A stretch of DNA of 35,758 nucleotides from a virus (lineage: Duplodnaviria; Caudoviricetes). The DNA is taken from positions 1 to 35,758 of the IMG/VR virus record IMGVR_UViG_3300037478_000503. The stretch is one strand, 5' to 3'. The notes under the pieces are model-generated. The model was not told the origin of the DNA and ran no database searches. It was given only the letters and a program-made list of their open reading frames with translations. Made by a program: the position numbers and the translations under genes. The stretch's first letter is position 1, and every line of letters begins with the position of its first letter. Below, one piece after another: positions 1 through 7,031 of this stretch.

Positions 1-358
1 CGGTCAGCTCAAGCGGGTTGACCAGTTCTGATTTCGCTCCGGGCACGTTCTCGATCACGTATGGCTTCCCCGAGGTGATCAGCACATCTCGAGTCACGCC
101 GATCAACGGCAACGACGATGAGCCATGCCGATTGTTCATGGTCGAATACGCCTGACAGGGCGGGCTGGCATGGATCAGATCCCATTCGCCGCCGAGGATG
201 CTGGCCTGTATCCACGACTCGAACACGTCGTGTTGCAGAAACTCGAACGGATAGTTCGGCTGTGGAGCCACATCTATGCCGACGATCTTGGTGAACCCGG
301 CCTGGTGGTAGCCGACCGCTGCTCCGCCGGCTCCGCAGAACAGGTCGAGGAGTCTCAT
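1..358 (-). CDS. DNA cytosine-C5 methyltransferase (3' end runs off window)
   Basis: Own translation (absent from ORF track): MRLLDLFCGAGG (motif I)...IHASPPCQ (motif IV)...YVIENVPG (motif VI). Confidence 0.93.
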   Translation of the reverse strand, partial: MRLLDLFCGAGGAAVGYHQAGFTKIVGIDVAPQPNYPFEFLQHDVFESWIQASILGGEWDLIHASPPCQAYSTMNNRHGSSSLPLIGVTRDVLITSGKPYVIENVPGAKSELVNPLELT

Positions 359-447
359 CTGGTCTGTCTCCATATGTCGGCCACTGCGGCCACACAGAGG
401 ATGTTGAACAGGGTGTAGACGATGAGGCTGATGGTCATGTCGCTCAT
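355..447 (-). CDS. Small hydrophobic peptide (30 aa)
   Basis: MSDMTISLIVYTLFNILCVAAVADIWRQTR; ATGA overlaps at both ends. Confidence 0.6.
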   Translation of the reverse strand: MSDMTISLIVYTLFNILCVAAVADIWRQTR

Positions 448-557
448 CCGCTCACCTTGTAAATCTTCAAAACTTCGGCGACGGAGGGGGAGGAAGGATG
501 CGTGTCCTTAAACCTCCGTCGCCGAATCCTGTAGGCCAGCCAGCGGACCAGCAGCAT
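444..557 (-). CDS. Hypothetical small protein (37 aa)
   Basis: MLLVRWLAYRIRRRRF...KVSG; TGATG and ATGA coupling to neighbours. Confidence 0.5.
   Translation of the reverse strand: MLLVRWLAYRIRRRRFKDTHPSSPSVAEVLKIYKVSG
474..526. repeat. 14-bp perfect inverted repeat
   Basis: TTCGGCGACGGAGG (474-487) / CCTCCGTCGCCGAA (513-526). Confidence 0.8.
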
Positions 558-718
558 CAGTCCGAATCCTCGATGAGAAATGTGACCGTGTCCTCATCCC
601 ATCCGACCTGGTCGAGCTGGACGTCCGGGCCGTACAGTCGGGCGGCTTCGAGGAGGGCACGCTGGTATGCGGAGGGGCCGGCTTTGACAATGACCAGACC
701 GTCGAACTCGGAGCTCAT
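557..718 (-). CDS. Hypothetical protein (53 aa)
   Basis: MSSEFDGLVIVKAGPSAYQRALLEAARLYG...; coupled overlaps on both sides. Confidence 0.7.
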   Translation of the reverse strand: MSSEFDGLVIVKAGPSAYQRALLEAARLYGPDVQLDQVGWDEDTVTFLIEDSD

Positions 719-834
719 TCGTCGGCGTCGCTTCGGCCGCAGGCGTTACAGGTAGCACCATCGGCCGGGTCATAGACCGTGTTGGTAGACCCACAGGTGG
801 CACACGGGTCGCCTGGTTCCCATTCGATGCTCAC
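715..834 (-). CDS. Small zinc-ribbon protein (39 aa)
   Basis: GTG start; MSIEWEPGDPCATCGS...TCNACGRSDADE with two CxxC; GTGA/ATGA overlaps. Confidence 0.7.
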   Translation of the reverse strand: MSIEWEPGDPCATCGSTNTVYDPADGATCNACGRSDADE

Positions 835-1376
835 TGGTCACCCCTTGCGAAACGCAGAGCACCTTGAAGGTTCTGTTCATGGTCATCTCGGAAAAAGGAG
901 AATCGCGTTAGGCCTTGAAACTCTCGTTGTATGTGGAAAGCCCCAACGGCGTTCCCCATCGGAAACCCGAGCTTCCCTCCCGTCCCGTAGACCCGAATTT
1001 CGATAATGCCGCCAAAGTCGTATATCTCTCGGACGAATCCAAAGCCCGAGAACACGTTGCGAAGTGGCACTAGGTAGAGCAAGTTTTCGGCGATGCCGTA
1101 ACTGTGTCTGAACCACTGCCGAGTCATCGAGTAGGGCGGGTTTCCTATAACCCAATCAACTGGGTCGGTCCAGTCGTAAAAGTCGCGGCCTTCGTCGGCC
1201 TCGCACCACTCGACACGCAGCCAGGGCAAGAGCCCGTAGTCAGCGAGAGCATCGGTGAAGGCACCCTCGCCACGACAGGGATCGAGAACCAGTCCGGTGG
1301 GCTTGAAGTGCCGCACCATGTCCTCGGCGGCCCACGCTGGTGTCATCACCCGATCACCACGCTTGGTCAGGCTCAT
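831..1376 (-). CDS. DNA adenine-N6 methyltransferase
   Basis: VLDPCRGEG (SAM-binding) and VIGNPPY (catalytic NPPY). Confidence 0.88.
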   Translation of the reverse strand: MSLTKRGDRVMTPAWAAEDMVRHFKPTGLVLDPCRGEGAFTDALADYGLLPWLRVEWCEADEGRDFYDWTDPVDWVIGNPPYSMTRQWFRHSYGIAENLLYLVPLRNVFSGFGFVREIYDFGGIIEIRVYGTGGKLGFPMGNAVGAFHIQREFQGLTRFSFFRDDHEQNLQGALRFARGDQ

Positions 1377-1564
1377 GCGCTCCTCCGTGCGTCTGCCGCC
1401 TGGACCAGTCCTTCACCCGTCCAGCTCAACGCTTCTTCTTCGGGGGTGAGTTGCGCCCCGGCCAGGTGGGCCAGATGCAGTTGGATGGCCCGGTCGATAA
1501 ACCGTTCGTGCGCCCACTGTTCGGCCAGTTCGTTACAGACCCGGCGGTCCGACTGGCGGCCCAT
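1373..1564 (-). CDS. Hypothetical protein
   Basis: ORF track; overlap-coupled in the operon. Confidence 0.65.
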   Translation of the reverse strand: MGRQSDRRVCNELAEQWAHERFIDRAIQLHLAHLAGAQLTPEEEALSWTGEGLVQAADARRSA

Positions 1565-1725
1565 CAGTAGGTCAGAGTTCCGTCGGTGATGCCGTCGGCT
1601 AGCTGCTGCTTCTCCTCGTCGGAAAGCTGCTTCAATTCAGCGACGAACTGAGTGAGCGTCTGATCCTCTTTCAACCCGAAGTAGGTCTTGAGGACGACGG
1701 CGGATGGCTTGCTCTCTGTTGTCAT
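1564..1725 (-). CDS. Hypothetical protein (53 aa)
   Basis: MTTESKPSAVVLKTYFGLKEDQTLTQFVAELKQL...; AGGAG SD; coupled overlaps. Confidence 0.75.
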   Translation of the reverse strand: MTTESKPSAVVLKTYFGLKEDQTLTQFVAELKQLSDEEKQQLADGITDGTLTY

Positions 1726-1913
1726 GCTGCTCTCCTATCGAGGATCAGCGGGTCAGCCCGCCCGGCACTATCGGTCAGTTCGATGCGTAGGAGGGTGGGG
1801 TCGTCGAGGAACCAGTCGATGGCGAACCGGTAGGCGGGCCTCGAGGTGGGGAAGGTGAGCTCCATGTAGTCGGAGCCGCTCCGGGCGATCGTGCGGACAG
1901 TCCACGTTCTCAT
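1722..1913 (-). CDS. Hypothetical protein
   Basis: MRTWTVRTIARSGSDYMELTF...; ATGA overlap with upstream gene. Confidence 0.7.
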   Translation of the reverse strand: MRTWTVRTIARSGSDYMELTFPTSRPAYRFAIDWFLDDPTLLRIELTDSAGRADPLILDRRAA

Positions 1914-2242
1914 ACGTCGACCTTCAAGACCAGATAGGTGCCACGGTCTTGGACGACGACCGCGTGATACTGGGCGTCTGAGTATTCCGAGTCCCGCATA
2001 ATCCAAGTGGGGGACACTTCAGCTCCCTGCGCCCTGAGGACTTCGACCAGATCGGCGAAAGTGGCCGAGTGTGTTGTGACCTTGTCGCCGTCAGGCGTGC
2101 CGTCGATGTCAACGAAGAAGTCTCGTTCCACAACACGAACAAGCAGGTCGTTCAGGGTGAGACTCATCGTCCTGCTAGCTCCCATGAAGAAGAGGACACC
2201 CAAGACGCCGAGGGCCGCCCAGACGAGGGCCAGCCAGATCAT
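1910..2242 (-). CDS. Hypothetical protein with N-terminal TM segment
   Basis: MIWLALVWAALGVLGVLFFMGA; ATGA overlap with the HTH gene. Confidence 0.75.
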   Translation of the reverse strand: MIWLALVWAALGVLGVLFFMGASRTMSLTLNDLLVRVVERDFFVDIDGTPDGDKVTTHSATFADLVEVLRAQGAEVSPTWIMRDSEYSDAQYHAVVVQDRGTYLVLKVDV

Positions 2243-2502
2243 GTGCCGAGCCTGCGGATGGCGTCGGCGGGAATCAGCACCTTGTCGCCGATCCGCTTCG
2301 ACTCAAGGCGGCCGGTTTTCACCCAGCGGTAGATGGTCTGAACGTTGACCCGAAGCTGGGTGGCAGCCTCAGCCGCCGTGTAGAACTCTCCGGGGCGGGA
2401 TTCCGCCTCGTCGGCGAGTGCCGAGAGTGCCTTGTGTAACGCTGAGGCGGCGTCTCGGAGGGCTTCTGGGAGGTCGTCCAAGTGGGGAGCGGTGTTGCCC
2501 AT
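2239..2502 (-). CDS. Excisionase-family (HTH_17) DNA-binding protein, Xis/Cro-like
   Basis: FYTAAEAATQLRVNVQTIYRWVKTGRLESKRIG; divergent from repressor; start at 2502 chosen from the leaderless promoter. Confidence 0.88.
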   Translation of the reverse strand: MGNTAPHLDDLPEALRDAASALHKALSALADEAESRPGEFYTAAEAATQLRVNVQTIYRWVKTGRLESKRIGDKVLIPADAIRRLGT

Positions 2503-2537
2503 ACAGGAAACACTACTCATGTTTCCACCTATGTCAA
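2503..2537 (-). promoter_or_regulatory. Early lytic promoter (leaderless) overlapped by a palindromic operator
   Basis: TTGACA(2537-2532)-N16-TAGTGT(2515-2510)-N7-ATG; palindrome GGAAACA-N7-TGTTTCC at 2506-2526. Confidence 0.75.
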
Positions 2538-2603
2538 CACCCTGCGTGAGAAAGTTCACCGAGGGTGGGTTACGCCCCTGTCATTTGTAGGGGACAACCC
2601 CCA

Positions 2604-2639
2604 TTGAAAGTGGCAACAAGGTTTCTTATACTGTCAACA
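2604..2639 (+). promoter_or_regulatory. Repressor promoter (leaderless)
   Basis: TTGAAA(2604-2609)-N17-TATACT(2627-2632)-N7-ATG(2640). Confidence 0.8.
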
Positions 2640-3017
2640 ATGGCTGGAAGACCCAACAACCCGCATGTCGCGAAGTTTCAGGCCGCCCTCCGGGCCGCCG
2701 TCGCAGCATCCGACCACAGTCAGAACGAAGTGGCCGAAATATGCGGCATCGACCGAGGCACGATGTCGAAGATCGTCAACGGAACCCGGGGCATCCCATC
2801 TGAAGAGAAGGTGGAGTGTCTAGATCGGGTGCTCGGCGCGGACGGTCATATCATCGCCCTTGGTGGGTACCGCGGCGAAGCCCCGCCAACACGCGATCAG
2901 ATAAACAAGCTACTCGAATGGCACTATCGAGCTGCGCTCAAAGAGATGACAAAACAATACAAGGCGGCCAACGAGGAGATTCTCACCCTATATCCGCCTT
3001 CACGTAAAAGGCCCTGA
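2640..3017 (+). CDS. XRE-family HTH immunity repressor
   Basis: SQNEVAEICGIDRGTMSKIVNGTRGIPS HTH; lies between divergent xis/cro-like gene and integrase. Confidence 0.88.
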   Translation: MAGRPNNPHVAKFQAALRAAVAASDHSQNEVAEICGIDRGTMSKIVNGTRGIPSEEKVECLDRVLGADGHIIALGGYRGEAPPTRDQINKLLEWHYRAALKEMTKQYKAANEEILTLYPPSRKRP

Positions 3018-3191
3018 GACCCATGGGGATGGGCCCAGCGCGGGTTTACGGTTGGTCTTGAGGAATGGGTGGTTGGCAGCCCTGACGACGAGGGAGATGG
3101 CAGCCCATACGACAATGGGGGCCACCTGTGGACCAGCCCTGGATAGACCGGCTAGTAGAAGCGTTGTTGGAGGTAACGTGGAAGGCGCTCG

Positions 3192-4334
3192 ATGAGCTCT
3201 ACGAATCCGAAGATGATGAAGGGGACGATACGTCCGTACGGTGACCGGTATCGTGTCTGGTGGGATATCGGTTCGGATCCGGTGACCGGACAACGCCGCC
3301 AGCGGACCAAGATTCTACCGTCCGAGGAGGCGGCACGGGACTGGCTCGAGCAGAAGCAGGGCGAGCTCGAATCGGGCATGTCCTACGACGAGCGACGTGG
3401 CGACATGAAAGTCGCAGCGTTTGTTGAAACGTATCTGGCCGCCCGGAACGATGTTGAACAGTCGACGCTCGTCTCTTACCGGGCGCATCTGCATAATCAT
3501 GCGGTCCGGCTGATCGGCCGCAGACGGTTGCGAGACATCACCCCGGACCTTCTCAGCGTCATGTACGGGCGCATGCTCGACGAGGGGAAGAGCCCGGCCC
3601 TCATCAAAGCCGTCCACCGTGTTCTGCATGGCATGTTCGCCCATGCCGTCATGTGGAAGTACCTGTCCGAAAACCCGGCCGTCAGTGCGATCACGCCGAA
3701 GCAGGAGAAGCGGGAGTTTGCTACGTGGACACCCGACCAGTTGACCGCCTTCCTACGTGTGGCCCGGGAGCATCGTTGGGGGGTCGGCTACCTGCTCTCC
3801 GCCGCGACGGGTATGCGCCGGGCGGAAGTGTGTGGGCTCCGCTGGGAGAACGTCGACCTGGACGCTTGTACGGCGGATGTACGTACAACCCGGCTCGAGA
3901 TTCAAGGGAAGGTGGTCGACAAGCCTTCGCCGAAGTCGAAGCAGGGACGGCGGACCATCCCCCTCGATACTGGAGTCGTCCAAGCTCTCCGAGCTGAGAA
4001 GGTCCGGCAGACAGAACAACGCCTCGCACAAGGCGAGGCGTATAAGCACAGTGGTTATGTTGTCGTAAACCCTAACGGTGAGGCCATCCGCCCCAACGCC
4101 TACAGCCAAGCGTTCAAACGGCTCGCCCGCCAAGCCCAAGTACCAGAGGTCCGCCTACACGACGTCCGACATACGTGGGGCACCCTCGCTGTAGCCGCAG
4201 GCATCGACCCGAAAACCGTCAGCCAGCTGCTAGGCCATGCCACCGTCGCCTTCACCCTCGACATTTACAGCCACGGCAACGACGACGCTAGACGGTCGGC
4301 GGCCGAGGTGATGGGACGACTAATCAGCGGGTAG
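3192..4334 (+). CDS. int: Tyrosine integrase
   Basis: N-terminal arm-binding domain; TGMRRAEV, RLHDVRHT, LLGH, DIYSH catalytic motifs; start may be 3213 or 3216. Confidence 0.97.
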   Translation: MSSTNPKMMKGTIRPYGDRYRVWWDIGSDPVTGQRRQRTKILPSEEAARDWLEQKQGELESGMSYDERRGDMKVAAFVETYLAARNDVEQSTLVSYRAHLHNHAVRLIGRRRLRDITPDLLSVMYGRMLDEGKSPALIKAVHRVLHGMFAHAVMWKYLSENPAVSAITPKQEKREFATWTPDQLTAFLRVAREHRWGVGYLLSAATGMRRAEVCGLRWENVDLDACTADVRTTRLEIQGKVVDKPSPKSKQGRRTIPLDTGVVQALRAEKVRQTEQRLAQGEAYKHSGYVVVNPNGEAIRPNAYSQAFKRLARQAQVPEVRLHDVRHTWGTLAVAAGIDPKTVSQLLGHATVAFTLDIYSHGNDDARRSAAEVMGRLISG

Positions 4335-4673
4335 GGAGAGCGCAGTATAGATCGCATCAAGAATCATCTCGTCTGCCACGGCAACTTGGTCCGAAGCCAA
4401 GTCCTCAAAGTACCCGTCCTCGTCAAAGTCACCGCGAATCAGGCCAGCCTTAGCGAGCGCACCGTAAACCTCGTACTCCCATCCCGAGTTGCCGAACGGG
4501 CGTTTACCGTCGAAGCCTTCACCCTCTCGCCATACCTCGGATAGCAGGCGCGCTAGGTATTCGCCCACGGTCACTGCTCCCGCGTCGTTGCCGCCCATCT
4601 CAACATCCAAGATTTGTAACGCCGTTTGTAACGTACCCGAATCGTTACCCGAGTCGACTGTTGATGTGTCCAC
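4320..4673 (-). CDS. Hypothetical acidic phage protein between int and attP
   Basis: AAGGGAG SD plus GTG; WREGEGFDGKRPFGNSGW segment. Confidence 0.75.
   Translation of the reverse strand: MDTSTVDSGNDSGTLQTALQILDVEMGGNDAGAVTVGEYLARLLSEVWREGEGFDGKRPFGNSGWEYEVYGALAKAGLIRGDFDEDGYFEDLASDQVAVADEMILDAIYTALSLPAD
4613..4656. promoter_or_regulatory. Putative integrase arm-type binding sites
   Basis: TTTGTAACG x2 (4613, 4625) and TACCCGARTCG x2 (4634, 4646), each pair 12 bp apart, next to the att core. Confidence 0.65.
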
Positions 4674-4714
4674 ACCGTCTCCCTTGTCTACTGGTGATAT
4701 CCGTTGTCGTGTGT

Positions 4715-4768
4715 GAGCGATGGACTGTTAATCCATTGGTTGTAGGTTCGAGTCCTACCCGCGGAGCC
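4715..4768 (+). other. attP core: 3' part of tRNA-Asn(GTT)
   Basis: GAGC-G-ATGGA-CT-GTT-AA-TCCAT-TGGTT-GTAGG-TTCGAGT-CCTAC-CCGCGGA-G-CC; full D-arm and 5' part missing; downstream of int. Confidence 0.9.
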
Positions 4769-4837
4769 CTTTAGTCGTTGACGATTCTCATCCTGATACG
4801 AGAAAGTACCTTCAAGGTGTGGCGGCGCATGTAACCA

Positions 4838-5227
4838 TCACGACACCCTTCGATAGCGCACTGCCAATACGCTGAACCGGAAGTCGGCTCCCAGGGTTAC
4901 GTCGGCGGGTGCATACCGCCCATCCACGCTCATCCTGGCATAGTTCGACAGCAGGTTGTATCGAGCAGTTCGCAACGGAGTCCGCTCAGGCTCTTGTGCT
5001 AGCACAGAGAGCCGTTCGGGGATAGGTGTCAACAGCACGGATTCGACCCTGGGAATGCGCCAGTCATGCTCCACCTGCTCGTCGAATCCGAGCAGTCGCG
5101 CCAGTATCACGTCCGCTTCCATCCCCCCAGGCCAGCCTTCGGTCTCCAACAGCATGTACGGGTCGTTGTTGATGACGGCGTAGGCCTGTTCTCGAAGTAT
5201 CGGCTCGACGTGCTGCCATTCTCCCAT
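4838..5227 (-). CDS. Hypothetical protein with its own leaderless promoter
   Basis: ORF track 4838-5245; start refined to MGEWQHV from promoter geometry. Confidence 0.7.
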   Translation of the reverse strand: MGEWQHVEPILREQAYAVINNDPYMLLETEGWPGGMEADVILARLLGFDEQVEHDWRIPRVESVLLTPIPERLSVLAQEPERTPLRTARYNLLSNYARMSVDGRYAPADVTLGADFRFSVLAVRYRRVS

Positions 5228-5262
5228 ACTGTCCATTATCCTCATGTTGTCGGGAATGTCAA
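5228..5262 (-). promoter_or_regulatory. Promoter resembling the xis/cro promoter
   Basis: TTGACA(5262-5257)-N16-GATAAT-N7-ATG. Confidence 0.6.
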
Positions 5263-5265
5263 CAG

Positions 5266-5994
5266 TCAGACGGTGGGGATCTGTCCGCGCACCTCGTCAA
5301 TCAGACCGAGCGTCAGACAGTCGTCGCTCGAGAGCCACCAGTCGCGGCGCTCCCAGTTCCGTTTGATCTTCGACGCTGACAGTTTCCCGTTCGACCGGGA
5401 GACGAAAATGTCAATGATCCGCTTCTCAATCCGCTGGATCAGCTTCACCCGATCCTCAATTTCGAAGGTCTGACCCACCACACCGAATGCGGCCCTATGA
5501 ATCAAGAGCCAGCACTCCTTGGTGAGGAACCGTTTCGTGCCGGCCTGGACGAGAATCCCGGCCATCGATGCAGCCATGCCCGCCCCCCCGGTTGTAACCT
5601 CATGGCCGTTCTCACCGAGCTCGACGATAAAGTCGAAAAGCTCCATACCATCGAAAATGCTCCCGCCCGGACTGGAGAAGATGACTTCGATGGGACAGTC
5701 GGGGTCGAGCCGATGCCATTCGGTCAGCTTGCTAATACACTTGCCGACCGAGGTGGCGCCGACTTCTCCGTCGAACCGGTACACATGATTGTGTTCGTCG
5801 GATGCCCGCCGGGCAGCGTCCTCTTCGCCGGCGACGGTCGCCTTCAACTCTGCCTGGTCGGCTGATGCTTCCGCACTCCGGGCGAGCGCATCCTCCTTAC
5901 GGGCTTCGGCAAGGAACTTGCGTGCCTCAGCCTGGGCCCGTTCAGCGTTGGCAGCCTGTTCGGCGGGACTGGTCTGCTGCTGTTCGTCTCCCAT
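5266..5994 (-). CDS. ClpP-like serine protease with N-terminal coiled coil
   Basis: FSSPGGSIFDG, GMAASMAG (catalytic Ser), LLIHR (His), RDWWLSSDDCLTLGLIDEV; AAGGAG SD. Confidence 0.9.
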   Translation of the reverse strand: MGDEQQQTSPAEQAANAERAQAEARKFLAEARKEDALARSAEASADQAELKATVAGEEDAARRASDEHNHVYRFDGEVGATSVGKCISKLTEWHRLDPDCPIEVIFSSPGGSIFDGMELFDFIVELGENGHEVTTGGAGMAASMAGILVQAGTKRFLTKECWLLIHRAAFGVVGQTFEIEDRVKLIQRIEKRIIDIFVSRSNGKLSASKIKRNWERRDWWLSSDDCLTLGLIDEVRGQIPTV

Positions 5995-6007
5995 ATTGAG
6001 TTCTCCT

Positions 6008-6223
6008 TTAGAATCCGGCGACCATGTGGACGAGCAGCCAGCAGAGGAATCCGGCTAGGACTATCCGCCGCCATGTCCACTGGGCGGGCTTGTCTCTGAT
6101 TTGGAACCAGGCCCAAACATGTTCGGACAGGGTGTCGCCGCGGGCTTTGCGGAAGATGGCCGACCCTTCAATGGTCACGAAGAAGGCGAGCCAGAACAGC
6201 CACGCCCACGTGTAGAAGCTCAC
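6008..6223 (-). CDS. Small membrane protein (2 TM)
   Basis: GTG start; SFYTWAWLFWLAFFV...GDTLSEHVW...VLAGFLCWLLVH. Confidence 0.8.
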   Translation of the reverse strand: MSFYTWAWLFWLAFFVTIEGSAIFRKARGDTLSEHVWAWFQIRDKPAQWTWRRIVLAGFLCWLLVHMVAGF

Positions 6224-6429
6224 GTGGGCTCCGCGTCCGGTCCGAAGCGCTCCTCGCGGCGGCAATGGATACAACGGGTGACGAAGCTCCCGTCGTCGAT
6301 GCGGCACCAAGGCAACCATTCGTGCACGCCGCCGGAACAGTTCCAAGCGATCTGTCCCAATCCGTTGTCTGGCGTGCTGGTCATTTGTAAGGGCCTCACG
6401 TGTCGGACCGGTCCGACCTGGCAAGCCAT
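6220..6429 (-). CDS. Small Cys-rich hypothetical protein
   Basis: C..GVHEW...RCIHC; GTGA overlap downstream. Confidence 0.6.
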   Translation of the reverse strand: MACQVGPVRHVRPLQMTSTPDNGLGQIAWNCSGGVHEWLPWCRIDDGSFVTRCIHCRREERFGPDAEPT

Positions 6430-6629
6430 GCGCTCACCACGGGAACCAGGGCGGTGCCCAGGGCGGTTATCGCCTTGGTCAACGCCTCCTCGGAGATGAC
6501 CTCTTCTCCGCCTATAGCAGAAGCGACATAGACGGCAATGGTGAGGGCTGCCGTGGCGTAGCCGGCAATCCGCACCTTCCTAGTCGGCTTGGCTGATGGT
6601 TGTGATACAAGTACCTGTTCGTCAGTCAT
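6396..6629 (-). CDS. Holin-like two-TM membrane protein
   Basis: MTDEQVLVSQPSAKPTRKV then two hydrophobic helices; AAGGAG SD. Confidence 0.65.
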   Translation of the reverse strand: MTDEQVLVSQPSAKPTRKVRIAGYATAALTIAVYVASAIGGEEVISEEALTKAITALGTALVPVVSAWLARSDRSDT

Positions 6630-6765
6630 GTCTCTCCTTCTTCTTCGTCTAGAACACACTCACCTTTGAAATATCGATATGTCACCCGACACTCTCCAAA
6701 CGAGCATTCGTGAGTTACACACCAGGTCGCGGGCTTCTCTCTCTCAGTCATGTCTCTCCTTCTTC
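6622..6765. repeat. 22-bp direct repeat of an SD/stop/start junction
   Basis: TCAGTCATGTCTCTCCTTCTTC at 6622-6643 and 6744-6765. Confidence 0.9.
6626..6751 (-). CDS. Small Cys-containing protein (41 aa)
   Basis: MTEREKPATWCVTHECSFGECRVTYRYFKGECVLDEEEGET; AAGGAG SD; ATGA overlaps. Confidence 0.7.
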   Translation of the reverse strand: MTEREKPATWCVTHECSFGECRVTYRYFKGECVLDEEEGET

Positions 6766-6876
6766 GAGGCCGAGCAGGTCGGCCAGTGTTTCCGTTTCCA
6801 AGATGGATATGAGTTCTCTGAACAGCCGGCCGACAAGCTGTGCGTTTGCTGACGCATCCAGGAATGTGATGTACAT
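6748..6876 (-). CDS. Hypothetical protein (42 aa)
   Basis: MYITFLDASANAQLVGRLFREL...EEGET; TGATG overlap. Confidence 0.65.
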   Translation of the reverse strand: MYITFLDASANAQLVGRLFRELISILETETLADLLGLEEGET

Positions 6877-7031
6877 CAGACGAGCTGCAGGTAGCCGCAG
6901 ACGCAGCAGCGGGTGATAGTGCAGACGAGTTCTCCGGTTTCGGGATCGCGGACGAAGAACGGGGTGGCAGAATCTGACGGGCATTGCGGGCAGGTGACGG
7001 CTGCGAGCGGGGCGTGCATACGGCCCACCAT
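6876..7031 (-). CDS. Small zinc-finger protein
   Basis: CPQC...CCVC; GGAGG SD; TGATG overlap. Confidence 0.65.
   Translation of the reverse strand: MVGRMHAPLAAVTCPQCPSDSATPFFVRDPETGELVCTITRCCVCGYLQLV

Noticed and set aside
9-395. 128-aa - strand ORF from the track
   Set aside because: Wrong frame; the overlapping frame starting at 358 carries clear C5-methyltransferase motifs
4700-4768. Complete phage tRNA-Asn gene (TCCGTTG at 4700 partly pairs with CCGCGGA)
   Set aside because: Only 20 nt precede the anticodon stem and no D-stem can form; position next to int fits an attP core
5266-5994. ClpP as the capsid maturation protease
   Set aside because: A canonical HK97-type protease already sits between portal and capsid
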